Below are positions 1-12,725 of a stretch of DNA of 64,000 bases, in pieces. The stretch's first letter is position 1, and every line of letters starts with the position of its first letter. Location: assembly GCA_010093605.1 (NCBI GenBank), contig MU004182.1:1335032-1399031 (forward strand), written 5' to 3'. Position numbers and translations under genes: made by a program. Origin of the DNA: Lophium mytilinum (taxonomy: Eukaryota). The notes below the pieces were generated by a model that was not told the origin of the DNA, made no database searches, and saw only the letters and a program-made list of their open reading frames with translations.

Positions 1-7
1 TTCATCC

Positions 8-3000
8 ATGGAGGTTCTACTCAGCCCTACTAGCACTTCGGTCTTAGTCAATCAGCTCCAGGAGTCCGTGAAAGCAGAGACTTCTCGGGGGCCGCTGTAC
101 TACGACTATAGTGAGCAGTTCGACCGAGATGCCCTGTGCGAGCCAGAACCCGAAGCTATCCCCATGGGCTTCGTCCATCGAATCAAGACAATCTTGGAGG
201 AACGTGGGGCAAATGAAACTACCCTTCCACAGTCGAATCTGGAAGCCCAAAAAGCTCAAAAATCTGTGGAGCCACCAGTACTCGAGTTGGTCGAGCTTCC
301 TGCTTCTCCTGTTGCAAGGCGAATCACCAGACATATGGTTCTTGCGGCACTTGAGCCTGGATCGACAACAGACGACATGACCACGCTTCCAGCTGTCGCC
401 AAGCCTCTCAATAGAGCATCCATCCACGGTGGAGAGGAACTGGACGAGTCCTGTACGGTGACTGTTGACCCACCAGTTTCGTTGATTCCTGATCAAGAGA
501 AGAGTCCGAGTGTGATATCCGAGTCTTCTTCAAGAAAATCCGAAGCTAGCGCTCCAAATTCTACCATCGACTTCGCTCTCCTGTACTCCAAGATGGATGA
601 GGATGAAGAGTTGACGCAGCAAGGCGATGCTGAGAACGTTCCCAAGGATGACATTGAGGGTCGCGCTGACAAGCGTCCGTCTATCAAAACCGGTCACTCT
701 TCCAAGTTTTCCGATGCCAAATCCTTCAAGTCTTGCAAAGAATCCGACGCAAAATCTAGCAAGGAGTCCGACGGCAAGTCTTTCAAGACCGCGAAAGACA
801 CCGTCACTCCCGATAGAGGAACGTCTTCAGTCCCAGTAATGGGCTCTAAGCCCTTCGAGAAGTCGTCCTCAAGATTGAGCTTGAGACCAGGTTCTGCATC
901 GGTTTTAGCTAGCTCTGTAGTCGACAACGTTCCTCAGCTTCCTTCTGTCATCCCTCATCGCGAATCAAGTTCCTCCAAGGAAGCTCAACGAAGTCAAGCT
1001 GTTGCTGATTTCCTCATGCGTCTCTCGAGACCAAGGATGTTCAGTCGGCACTCTGCGAAGGATGATTTTTCCGAGAAGAAGACGAGCAAAGTTGATGGCT
1101 CTTCGAAGGACAAAACGTCCGAGAAGAGAGCCTCCAGGGTGGCTTCCCTAGTTGAAGAAGAGAAAGCCGAGTCGCGTCGGTCTGTCAAAATTGAATCAAT
1201 TACGGAGGAAGAGTCTTCAGAGAAGAAGCCTGCCGGAGTGGAATCGACTTTGCGCAATTCAGCGTCGGAGAACAGACGTTCCCGATCCCATTCTCTATCT
1301 CGAGATCATATTACGGAGAGGAGAGTTAGCAGAGTGGAATCCTTTCAAAACGTACATACCCATCTTAAAAAGTCTACCGGCGGACAGTCCATGCTTTCAA
1401 TCGACAGTTTCAAGAAGCACCATACCAGGCTGAAGTCACTCGCCAAGGGGGAATTGGCGCATCGTGAGTCCGTTGGTGAAGAGCGAGCAACTAGCCTCGA
1501 AATGCAGATTTCGGAACTGGAAGACATACCAGCTCCCACCTTCTCAGCTCGCGAGCATCGCACACCTTTTGATAGTCCTTCGGTCTATGTTACTGACGCT
1601 CCAACACCAACGTTTTCCGAAGGACCACAGCACCTTTCAGCGAGATACTCGGCTCCCCATGACAACGCCTACCGGGATAGCAACACGACGACCCACTTAG
1701 TCTGGAATGCACGCAAGACCCAATTTCCAATTCCAATTGAGGCCCTCAATGCAAACGTCGGGCACAGGCGCAGTGAAGACGACTCCACGACCGACCTAAG
1801 GCTATCCGCCTTCCGATACCCGGCCGCTTATCTTCCTGATGTCAAAGAAGACCTTCATGAAGACTCTAGCGTGAATACCAGCGCGAGTAACATGAAATCA
1901 GCCGCTCTCAGACACCCACTTGGCCGCCTTCCTAGCATGCGAGCATCGATGGATGAGTGTCGTGTTCTAAAGCATCCGTCAATAAATTCGTTCCGGAAAG
2001 GAGCCCTGGCTCGAACTCGCAATCTCCCTTCCTTGAACTTCAGCCAAATGGATTTATTTGCGAAACTAAACGAGGCTCTCGACACAGGTGCCGGCGCGTC
2101 TAAATCGATGGATTACGCAGAGGAGTACCGTGAGTTGTTCCTCTCTCCTCTTGGAGAGTCGAATTCCTCTGGCGAAATTCGAGAAAAGTACAAAAGCCTT
2201 TTCGGGGGCTTGGACGAATACTTGAAGTCTGCAGACATCCAGCCCGATACGCCCATCTTCGACTTCGTGGCTTCACACCAATCAAATCTGGTTTTTGAGA
2301 CTTCTCATCAGCCGCTCTCCAATGAAGAATTCATTGCTGAGATCGACAACCTGACTATTCCTACCCTCGGTGGGCTCACGCAACGATTGTCGGAGTTTTT
2401 GCCATCATTCAAGCGGTACTATCAAGGAGATGATCAAGGCTCCAACACTGAAAACCCCGTATTCGAGCACGCATTGGAGCAGTTGAGCGAAGTCGGCCTT
2501 GATGTCCCGCCACTTAATACTGTACGTTCATCGGCAAGACTTCGCCCAATGCCCGGACACCAACAGCTGCTTGTCATGGAAGACGGTCTTTATGAGAAGC
2601 TAGCAGCAAAGGAAGCGCCGAAAGAGGAACCTGTGGAAGCTGAGGAGCAAGCTAGAAGTAGTAGCGAATCGATTCGCTCCAAGGCATCCAGTCACCGCAA
2701 CTCCAAGACTCCTTTAGCCGAGCTTGAGGCACCAATGCCTCTTTTGCTTCGAACACGCTCGCTCTCATTGGGTGGGTTTGATGATTTCAGGGCATCTTTC
2801 GAGTCGACACTCAGACGTCGCTCTCTTCGTTCACTTGTCAGCTCTCCGACCGAAACACGTCCCTGGAATCTCGATAAGAACTACCCCTGGGCAGACACGA
2901 TTCCTCCCATTGATATCAGTCTTCCATCTCCCACCCCAGCTCGAGATGCTGCTCGTCCTGGTCCTTCGAGACTCAGACGCATGTCCGGATCTTCTGATGA

Positions 3001-3646
3001 GACTCATACCGACTCTGAAGCGGAAGAGTTACCTGCAGCATCAGCCGTCGAAGACACGACCTGCGAGGACCCGTTCCGCCACGCACGTAAATTTAGCAAG
3101 CAGAGCGTCGTGGGCTCCATTTCTCGCCGCATTGGACTCTTTGACAACAACGGCTACCCAACGGGCCCAGACAGCCTGCGAAACGATGACCGCAGCGTCG
3201 ATCCTGGTGACCGCTACCCGACTACCGGCCTGACGCCTCCGTCTGCATTCAATGTCGATGAAGTTAATAGCTTCTTCTCGGACGACAGCTCCCATCGCAA
3301 TCACGTTGGCATCTTCCGCAAACGCCTGACCCACCTCAGGAGCAAGAGGCCTCTAGCTACGCGCTCACACTCGGCTGTCGGAACTCGCAGCTTGCCTGAC
3401 GCAGATGTGGGACCAAGTGGCTCACAGAGTGGGTCGGACAGTGAAGAGAGCTCACTGCACACTTTTGACGGTACCGTAGGCATGTCGAAAATCGAGTTCC
3501 GCGCGAGAAAGGTGGTGGAGAGGATCAAGACCATGTGGTTCAAGAGCGGAGACCTGTTCCGCAATCTGAGTGTCAGGAGCAACACGACATCGATGATCGA
3601 CCGGAGCGAGTATAGGCAGGGTAGTGAGGTTTATTCCGGCACTTGA
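8..3646 (+). CDS. Large Ser/Glu/Pro-rich, probably disordered hypothetical protein (likely 5'-truncated by the window edge)
   Basis: Uninterrupted 1212-aa ORF, open from the window start. Low-complexity, with short conserved-looking blocks (LPSLNFSQMDLFAKLN, RPWNLDKNYPW, VDPGDRYPTTGL) and an internal SDAKS(F/S)K repeat. Confidence 0.8.
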   Translation: MEVLLSPTSTSVLVNQLQESVKAETSRGPLYYDYSEQFDRDALCEPEPEAIPMGFVHRIKTILEERGANETTLPQSNLEAQKAQKSVEPPVLELVELPASPVARRITRHMVLAALEPGSTTDDMTTLPAVAKPLNRASIHGGEELDESCTVTVDPPVSLIPDQEKSPSVISESSSRKSEASAPNSTIDFALLYSKMDEDEELTQQGDAENVPKDDIEGRADKRPSIKTGHSSKFSDAKSFKSCKESDAKSSKESDGKSFKTAKDTVTPDRGTSSVPVMGSKPFEKSSSRLSLRPGSASVLASSVVDNVPQLPSVIPHRESSSSKEAQRSQAVADFLMRLSRPRMFSRHSAKDDFSEKKTSKVDGSSKDKTSEKRASRVASLVEEEKAESRRSVKIESITEEESSEKKPAGVESTLRNSASENRRSRSHSLSRDHITERRVSRVESFQNVHTHLKKSTGGQSMLSIDSFKKHHTRLKSLAKGELAHRESVGEERATSLEMQISELEDIPAPTFSAREHRTPFDSPSVYVTDAPTPTFSEGPQHLSARYSAPHDNAYRDSNTTTHLVWNARKTQFPIPIEALNANVGHRRSEDDSTTDLRLSAFRYPAAYLPDVKEDLHEDSSVNTSASNMKSAALRHPLGRLPSMRASMDECRVLKHPSINSFRKGALARTRNLPSLNFSQMDLFAKLNEALDTGAGASKSMDYAEEYRELFLSPLGESNSSGEIREKYKSLFGGLDEYLKSADIQPDTPIFDFVASHQSNLVFETSHQPLSNEEFIAEIDNLTIPTLGGLTQRLSEFLPSFKRYYQGDDQGSNTENPVFEHALEQLSEVGLDVPPLNTVRSSARLRPMPGHQQLLVMEDGLYEKLAAKEAPKEEPVEAEEQARSSSESIRSKASSHRNSKTPLAELEAPMPLLLRTRSLSLGGFDDFRASFESTLRRRSLRSLVSSPTETRPWNLDKNYPWADTIPPIDISLPSPTPARDAARPGPSRLRRMSGSSDETHTDSEAEELPAASAVEDTTCEDPFRHARKFSKQSVVGSISRRIGLFDNNGYPTGPDSLRNDDRSVDPGDRYPTTGLTPPSAFNVDEVNSFFSDDSSHRNHVGIFRKRLTHLRSKRPLATRSHSAVGTRSLPDADVGPSGSQSGSDSEESSLHTFDGTVGMSKIEFRARKVVERIKTMWFKSGDLFRNLSVRSNTTSMIDRSEYRQGSEVYSGT

Positions 3647-5016
3647 GTTCATCAAAGCGACGACGAGGACTGGTGCTCTTTGGCTCGACGTCACTACAGC
3701 TAAATTATGCGGTCCAGATGAGAGCAACATGCAACACACCAATACCGAGATACGAGGAAGAGTGCTGATGGATCGAAGAGATGGTTTTGCTTGTCTGTTT
3801 AGCTGTCAGCAGTTTCTACGCGTTGGTTTCCCCTTTGTGCTTTTCGTTCCACTTTCTGTTCTTCATCAATGTTCCTCTAGGAATTCTTTCGCCTTGGAAG
3901 AAGCATCGCTGTATACCCCTTTATGATCTGACTTCCAGTCCTCACAGCTTCTACTACACCGCAACATCCTCTTTCCAATGTATCTTGGCTATGCCCTTAC
4001 ACAGCATGTACTACTAGCTTCGCAGGTGGCATCGCTACTTGGCAGCAGATAGAGCCTACAGCTATAATGAAAAACAACAGTATACTTTCAACCTATCTCG
4101 AGGTCAATCGACGCTGTCAACACCTCATCTTCGTGCCTACCAACCAGTGACTCACTCCCCCTTCACCCCCAAAAGCGAAGCACTGCGTTCGCATCAAGCC
4201 CCGAGACGCTACCAACCCACCCGACTCACCACGTGGTCCCAACACCCAACCCCATGCCCCACATTCTGCACCCCCGATCCTCGGCCCCCCCTTCACCCTC
4301 TTCCCGCGATCCCACCTGCCACCAAACATGACATCGCGCCGCACCTCGTGCCGCTACATCTCCCCGCACCACTCACAACTCCCCGATGCACAGAACTAGC
4401 GGGCCGGCTCGCGTCGGCCACGCCGTTATTGATCGAGCCCCATGGGGCGCTAGTGCTAGCGGCCCCAGGTTGGGGATGGGGGTCTAGGCCTCGTGCAGTA
4501 TGCGGTGCGGGTGTGAGCGAGGGGTAGTAGTGTGAGATTGCGCACGTGGGAGCGCGGACGCTACGGTAGGTTCTGGGGCGTGTGGTTGGGCGGGCACGAG
4601 GCTGGGTTGGGGTAGGACCCTGGATCTGATATCCGGTAGATCGAGGGCGTGTAGTCTAGTGTGATCTTGCGAGATGGGAATCGAGTGGTGCCTCGCGTAT
4701 AGCTGGCTTAGCGGCGGTGAATGACATGGTAGTGCGTTGGGGTGTTGGGTGAAAGTGAAATGGTGGGTGCGGTTGGCAGAATGACAACCGTGGGAACGAT
4801 AGGAGCGTGACGCGGTTGGGAGAGGCACACAACACAATAGGAAATTTTTGGTATTGTGATTCACCCCTCGACAGCTTTTCTTTCTCAAGCACACCCACCA
4901 CACTTACTTGCATACTCATACTCTTACGAACCACTGCTGCTTGACTGCACCTCTGACTACTTTGCTGAGAGACCTTCTTCACGGCACGACACCCAGGAGC
5001 CAGCAACACCGCCGAG

Positions 5017-6100
5017 ATGCGTCTTTCCCGGCTGAGCTCATGGCTGGAGAACGTAAAGACGGCGACGAGGTCGATGGCACAATCGAGGGACAGGAAAGGT
5101 AGCGGAGACGAGACTTTTGCTGCTGATCTCGAACACACACACTTCATTCACCATGACTCGGCTCTCGACTCCTGCGACGATTCTACCGGCAAAGATGCCC
5201 ATAACCTCTTCGACAAGCACTTCTCGTTCCACCGCCGCCGCTCGCCCGTCATCACCTCCACGTCCTCCAGCTCCTCCAAGGACTCCCGCTCCTCCAAGGA
5301 CTTCAGCTCCTCCAAGGGGTCCAGCGAATCGCAAGACCCGTCCGCTTCCCACTCCACAACCGCACCTTCATCTTCCAGCGGTGCCGAGTCGACAAACACG
5401 ACCCCACGGACAAGCATCAGCACCGCACCACGCGCCAGCTTCCCATGCGTCTGCCGCATGCCCAGCTGCCCCTTATGCCATGCCGCCTCCGACAGTGAGT
5501 CCAGCGTTCGCGAAAAGTCCCGGCAGCGTCCAAGCCGGCCGACGCGCAGCCAAGCTCGCCCAACTCCAGGCGGCCGCCCTCGCCGACCCAGACGATTTCC
5601 GCATCTCCATCACCAAATCCGCGACCGGCTTCTCCGTCAAGCGCGACTACGCCAGCGAGGCGCAAGCGAGGCGAGATCTGACACCACGGACCGCGAAGTT
5701 CTACGAGACGGCGGTGAAGGTGCGCTCGTCGTCTTGGCCGCAGTCTGAGCGCGAGCAGCGAGTGAGGTTGAAGAATGTCGACTACAAGGCGGCAAAGGTG
5801 GCGGCGCGCGAGCGGTCGCTGTCGCAGAAGGCGAGGTGGCGCAGGGAGAGCGAGCTCACGTGGTATCTGGCGGATATGGATGAGTACGATGAGGGGGTCG
5901 CGCCGGAGCATGTGGTTCGTGTGCCGAGGAAACAGGGGAATGCGGTGCCGGTGGAAGAGTTGCTGGCGAAGGAGAGGAGGCTTGGATGGGACGAGTTTGA
6001 CAGGCTTGCGAAGGAGGCGAAGGCGAAGAGGACGGCATACGAGTATAATATATTCAAGGACGAGGATTATCGGGGTTTCCTTGGCGACGAGCCGTTGTAG
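5017..6100 (+). CDS. Hypothetical protein, probably two exons (putative intron 5495-5549)
   Basis: The ORF from ATG 5017 is protein-like to about 5494 and the 5117-6100 frame is protein-like from about 5550. GTGAGT at 5495 and CAG ending 5549 join them in frame, although the branch site (CCGAC) is weak. Confidence 0.55.
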
Positions 6101-6250
6101 GTGTGGGCGGCGGAAAGAGAAGCTGGGTACGATCATTTTGGCAGGCTTATCACGAGGCGAAGGCGGAGAAGACGACGGCGTACGAGTACAATATCTTCAA
6201 GGGCGAGGACAAGCGGGGCTTTCTTGGTGACAAGTCGATGTAGGTGTTGG
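5970..6250 (+). repeat. Diverged tandem duplication (about 140 bp period) of the 3' end of the upstream CDS
   Basis: 6014-6100 encodes EAKAKRTAYEYNIFKDEDYRGFLGDEPL* and 6154-6243 encodes EAKAEKTTAYEYNIFKGEDKRGFLGDKSM*. Both are followed by GTGT. Confidence 0.85.
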
Positions 6251-6457
6251 AGACTGTCGCGTTGGGATTCGATTATTATGACGACGAAGGGTTGTATGAA
6301 CTGATGAATGGATGCATGATGATCCCTGTGGATACAGGTTTGGGCTTTTGCCTTTGGGTTTGGGTTTTCAGCTTTCGATACTGCCCCTTTGATATGTTCC
6401 TTAGCGAAGGAAGACGATTATACCCTTTTCCAAGTTCTTTGGCGTAGCATACGGAGC

Positions 6458-8601
6458 TCAGAATACAGCGCCGCCAATTATGAAAACTCGCTCTTCTTCT
6501 CTGCGAACCCATTGAATGATCTTGTTAGCAGCTTGCGCTAGTGCAGTCCGTGAAGTCGTGATGGGAGCTACGCAGTACAGTTCGAACAGAGGGGTCATCC
6601 AAGCGAGACTGATATTAGTAGTTGACGTAGCATGGTGCACCTTTGGATGGGTCGGACGAGTGTGAATGTTGCTGTGAAGGTTATGGTACAGATTCAACAG
6701 CCTGGCGCACATCAGGACATGAACAAGTCTAAAGGGCGATGTCAGAGATGGGAATACATACCGCCGGCGATCAAGGTCGCTAGTGAAGTGAGGCTCGAAA
6801 GACGGCATAGTGAATTGCACATTACCGCGCGACTTGTACAGAAAGTGGCGCAAGGGCGACCCAGGTACAATGTCCGTGCAAGACATGCGCCCTTTCTTCA
6901 CAGCAGTACGAATCAATTCGATACTGCCATTCTTCTGTAATTGCTACAGTGTAACGCGATTCAGTAAATCTCGCCGAACGGAGTTAAACGGAGATAGAAT
7001 GACTTACCTCGACTAGGTCGTCGCGCATTTCTCGTAGCTCGAAGAAGCCTTCCTTATTGGCGCTAATCAAGAGGATGGCCACCTCATCCTTCGCGCCGTG
7101 CGACGACGCGGGGCGCTCTTCGACTTGCTCGGTTGGACTATCAAGATTCAGGAAGCTGACATACATGTAGAGGAAGCCAGTGTTATTGAAGCCTGGGAGA
7201 CACAACGGGATCCAGTTCTCGCCTCCACCCGCTTTAACACTGCCTGCTTCGAAAAGCATGTTGAAAATTAGGTGGAGGTCACCGGGGTGTAATGAGTGTT
7301 TCTTCGGCCGTACGACACTAACGAGTTTGCCACCAGCGACTATAAGTCCGTACAGGAGGTTCTCGCTTCGGGTCTTGAGTAAGGTATTGTTAACGACTTG
7401 GCGGTGAGATTTTCGCAGTTTGAGACATTCTAGAGCCGTTAGAAGGGTTGATGGAGAGCCCCGAGTAAAACCGTCTGCGAGAGCTGAGAGTAGCGTTTTA
7501 GTGCCCTGCAGTGGTCTACGAAGATCGTAATTCGCTCTATTCGCGAACATGCGCTCCATGCTCGGCAGAGTCAAGGTTGACAGAATTTGCATGTATAACG
7601 CGTCAAGCTGTGATCGCAACTGGGCGTCGCTCTCAACCAATTTCGTGATAGCAACCAGGTTGAGAGGACCCTTGGACATGACCACGAATCGGACGTCTCC
7701 AGCCGTGAAGCTCTTAAGAACGTCGCTCATGCCTTGGTAAAAGGATATGAGAGTCTGTACAACTCCAGTGTAGTTTGTGATCAGCTGGTCGTCGCCATGT
7801 CGACTGTAGATCGGCTTCCCAGCCGAAGACAGGATGAGGAAGTGTTTCAACTTGGATCTCCATTGAGTCACTATAGCTTCTATAGAGAGAAAGGAAATCA
7901 GCAAACGCCCCTAAGAACCGGAAGATCCGCTGACCTTCGTTTGAGCCATCCGCCGCCATGTCCTCAATCTCGTCAAACTCGTGCTCAAAAGCTTGCGAGA
8001 ACTGCGCGTCTTCCGAGAAGAGGACGTCCGAGATCGAGAGTCCGCTCATGCCGTCGAACTGTTTGCCCAGTACTTTTATGACATCCTTCTCTTGATCTCC
8101 CAGAACTTCGCCGAGCAGACTCTCTGCATCACCTCCTATGTCTATTGTAGGCGCAAAGCTCTTGATGCTTATGCTATCATCTGCGTCGCTTCCGATACGG
8201 TCCTTTCCCAAATGTGTAAAGCTCTTCAATTTCCCTGCATCTGTTGAGATTGTGTCCCTTGACTCGTCGCTGTATGACTGCGTGTCTGCAAAGGATAGTT
8301 GTGTCGTTGCTTTCGATTGAAGAGATGGTCTTGAGACTTTGAGGGATCCGGAAGTCTGAGGTCGACCGTCTAGAAGCTGGAGATTCTTCGGTCGAGGGGG
8401 AAGTGGCGGAGGTGTGCCTTCTCGCGACGGTTGCTCTTCTACACTCGTTGCAGTAGAAGCACCGTTCTCATTCCCGATGCTATTTTCAGTCGCGAAATCC
8501 TTCTTGCCAATGCTGTCACCAGACTGCGGTGTGGCCTCCGTTTGTAACGTAGACGCTGATCCCAGCGACGCTAGGTCTTCGGGCTTTGAAAGGCGGTTCA
8601 T
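6458..8601 (-). CDS. MON1: Vacuolar fusion protein Mon1 (Mon1-Ccz1 Rab7 GEF subunit), about 4 exons
   Basis: Motifs [54 protein letters not shown] and the terminal [10 protein letters not shown]. Introns near 7880-7933, 6930-7007 and 6702-6760; first in-frame ATG at 8601. Confidence 0.93.
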
Positions 8602-11600
8602 TGTGAACGGCGGTGAATGGCTGGTGGTTAGCAATCGCTGCGGGTTATAGGTATTTGTGGCTGTCTCATGCTGGCGTTTGTTTGCAGAGTATGTCTGAAG
8701 TCATGACGGCAATCAGAGTCGCGATACGCATCTAGGGCTAGTGCACGGGCCTCAATCGGCAGTAAATATGGATACCCGGCTTGCGCGAGGCCAGCCTCTT
8801 ACTTCATATACATATGAAGTGCAAAGCGATGAACTGCGGACGAACAGAAGGCTCTATTCATACATAAAGTAAGGTATGCATGTCGTCTAAAGTTACAAGC
8901 TGAAGCTTTCTTTACTATCAGACATTATTCTTGGCGTATAGTCACTCGTGATTGGGCTGTGCAACGTCGACCACATCACATGCGTAACTCCAGAGACTCA
9001 GACAATATCTTTCTGCTACGTTTCATAGTCACACCTGCCAGCAAGTGTAACTTTCTCGATTACCGATGTGCATGCGGTTAACAAGAAAGCGACATCTTGA
9101 AGGCTGAAGTAGCGTTCCAAGCAAGAGCAGCGGTTTGCTGATATCGAAGAGAAGGTAGTGTTATACAAACAGGCCGCAGCGAATTCAGGCATAGTCTCTA
9201 TTGAGATTTGCCCAGTTGAGACTTGGGCCGAGAGTGTAACAACGATAGAGTGACCAAGTAGTATATTCGAAGACGAAATCGCCTTCCAGTACGCGATCAA
9301 ACATATCCACAAATATCAGTCCCAATCTCCACGCAGCCCTACGTATGTCTAAGAAAGCTGAAGAACCCATCCGATCTCCGAGCGTCGTGCAGAATTACTC
9401 GAGCTGTCCAGCCCCTTCGTCAATGTCTATGCCCAACTCCCCATGGGAAAGTCCGATTCCACGATACCATATTAACCACACGATCTATTGGTGCAGTCTG
9501 AGCCTTCCGGTAATCCGGTTTACTATTATGCTGTGATCAGACTATATGACGCCGATTGCGATCCCCGTCGTAACGCGGGGCACTGGAAGACCAACAGCTC
9601 CAAAGCATGGTTCTAAAAGACGTATTGTGCAACAAAGCGACTAGCTGCAGAGGCAGTCCCGAGGCTGCATACTTGTTCTTCGCAACTTACTCTATCATAT
9701 CGATCGGTAGAAGTAAAAGAAGAAAGTCTTGAGTAGATTCCCAGGGTAGATGCGGGAAGCGCGAAATAGGAACCACCAGTAAATAAAGATAAAAGTGAAT
9801 ATAAGGTTTATGAGTTGTGCGATCTGCTCGGAGGTTAGTGCAGAGGCATCGAACTCCGGGGAGCAGGAAGCTGTAAAGAAAGCGTGGGCGGTAAATTCCG
9901 GCAACTTGGAAGGCTTGAAATTGAGCTACCCTACTGTCCGGTATTCGTTTGTGGGGTAGCCTCTTCATATTGCACCAGTTCCAATATTAGGGGGTAAATT
10001 CAGCCCCTATAAAGCTCTCAGCCCAACGGTACGTAAGGCGAAGGCCGAATATATCTATACTTCTCGACTACGATGACGTCGTTAAGTCTACGTGGTCTTA
10101 CCTGTGTATGGATATCAGCGATGATACCGACTATTCCCAAAGCAAAGAATATATGTATTTAGCCGAGATCACTACGTCGTGATCTGAATCACGGTGTTGT
10201 GGTAAAGACGGCTGAGCGGATCCACGAGCCCGCCCACGTGGTCTGGACGCTCATCATCATCCGCGATCGACACCAGGCATGGCGGGATCCCCGGCTCCCC
10301 GGCCCACCTTACCAGATCGCCGGTGCGACCCTTTGACCCATAGACTTTAACGCTGAGCCTTGAGTCTTGATAATCGAGCTTTATACCTTTTTTAGCTGAC
10401 TGACAAAGTTTTTGTGGCCGTTGATATGTATGCAGGAAAGTCCAGAAAAACGGCCCGAAGCAGGTTTAAAGTTTAAAGCACGCGAGACTGTAAAACGCTT
10501 CAGCTGCAACTTGCCGGTTAGTCATCTTACAAAGCCGCTCCTCAGATGTCAATCATGCACTGTTTGTGCACGTGACATCGTGAGTGTTCAAGGGTCGAGT
10601 AAACACCGAATAGTGATCCAGAAGTGGTGATGCTCCACCGCAATTTGTAACCGTCGGAGTCGCCACCACGTTGGTATGAACATTTCTACGATACGCTGTC
10701 CCCAATCCTCGGCATGATTACTGCCTGAATACGTGTAAGGAAATCATGCACATTAGTTATCTCTGGCCTCGCTTTGAAGATGGGTCCTAGATACACTTGG
10801 CAATAGTGCACGGAACTTGTGATGACCTCATATAGTAGGACAGGTCGGTGGCAAATAGAACTCGAACCTTGGCCTTGAAAATAATCGGACGTGAAGAAGC
10901 TCCCTATTCTTTCTATTGGAGGGCTAAAATCAGGGCGCCCAAGGCTTCCGATGCGAGACGTTGGACGGCGGTATTAATGGTGTGGTGTTGGACTTCATGA
11001 TGAGCAAGGTTTTCACGATTTACTTGGGCCTTTCCTACCCCCCATACCGCAGACGTTCGGAAAGGCCCGAAGCTGCGAAGCGACGTTGATCGTGTAGGGA
11101 TTACGACCGTTGATAACTCCGACATACGAGACAAGGCCGCCGACTGGTTATAACGCAGCATACATTTGCGTTGATGCATGGGTTTGACTTAGCTGGCGTT
11201 GAAGAAACGCAAGATGATGACTTCCCGCAGCGCTAGCTCCTGGAGAGCGTTTCTCACTCTTATGGTGGTATAAAACGAAACGCCAAGAAGGGAGTAGCCG
11301 TAAGCCTCGGACGTGCTCCGCAAGATATGGTTGGGGAGGTGTTGACACTAGCGTTGAGATACATCTCCAAGGATATGAGGTTTTCGAAAGATTGTGCAGT
11401 GTCCATGATTGAGGGGAACCCCCCAAGCTGATTTGGATTGGCTGTTGGGCATGCATTCAAAGGCTGGGCCTTGCCGCGGGTCTCATGCGTTGCAAAGTAT
11501 CCTTTGGCTCGGCAATTCTCTTCGGTGGATGGAAAATGGTACCAGAGGCTAGGAAAAAAGCTGTCAACGATCGTATCTTCGTCGGAGAGGCGAGACGAAG

Positions 11601-12725
11601 GTGGAGTCTTTCTAAGGAAAGCCAATCCGGATTAGAATAAGCGTAAGGCGACGGTAGTCGCTTTTAGGTTCAAGCTTTTCGGCCGGCATCCGTGATAGCG
11701 TATTTGCGGGCGCCACAAGCTATTTCGCTGGCTGTACCTGCCCACCCATCCGCTAGCCGATGGCAAGGACCGATTCAAAAGTCAATAGCCTTCGTGTGAA
11801 GGAGAAAACTGCTGAATGTGGTTGGGGGGTCGAAGGAATCTTCGCGTCCACCTTCTCCGACGCAGCTTTTGAGAGAGTAGCACCACATATATGGCCTGAC
11901 AGCCCTGATACTCAAACTTAAAACGAAAAGTTGATATCATGTCGAGCATATGCTGTTGAGATCGCACATTACGTCATTTGCGAGTTTTTTCTAGAGTAAG
12001 GATAGTTTGCGCTCTCCTTGGAGGCTTGCTTGCGGCGAGGCTGTTAGAACGCCCGCCTTCACAAATGTAACACAGATAAAAATCTATGCTTTGGATGTCC
12101 TTGGCAAATTAAAGTTGAGCGATGGATGCGGCCTCGTACGAAAAGGACACACGTGACACGATCCTGTTGGCTCACCCTGTCATCTCTTCGTACATCCGTT
12201 TTTGAAGGGGAGTCGTCGCCTACTTGGTCGGCCACTCGGCCAACGACCAAATCCGAAGGCCGGACGACCCTCCGGCCTCGTCGTCGACCAATACGCAAAT
12301 ACGATCAGGAGATGATGCGAAAGGGTTTAGCAAGGGGGCACGAATGGCGATCAGCGGGAAACCCCAGTGCGTGCAGGGCTGGCGAACTGGGCGAGGCGGA
12401 GAGTCGTCAGAAAGTAGTTTCTGGAACCCTGGGCAATCGTGGGTACTTCGACGATGGGCGATGGCGAGGAGATGAAGCCTGCCGGATGTCGGGATGTGAG
12501 TAGGCCTGCTTGGCGTCTCAGGGTCTGTAATTTGTGCTGCGGGTGCAGGGGCGGCAGATCTGCATGTGGAGGTTATGCATGGCACGGGCCTCTATCACGG
12601 CTTCGGGTCAAGTGAGTGCCCGTGGACCAAAACGCATATTGTCTGCGGTTCGTCATTAGGAAAAATAAATGGGACAGAAAGTCATTTTGAGAATCATTTC
12701 ATGTCATTCGATGTGGAGTCGGGCT

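Noticed and set aside
8700..12700. Many short ORFs between MON1 and the epimerase
   Set aside because: No motifs, codon bias or consistent splice structure were recognised, so the region is treated as intergenic. A short or diverged gene cannot be excluded.
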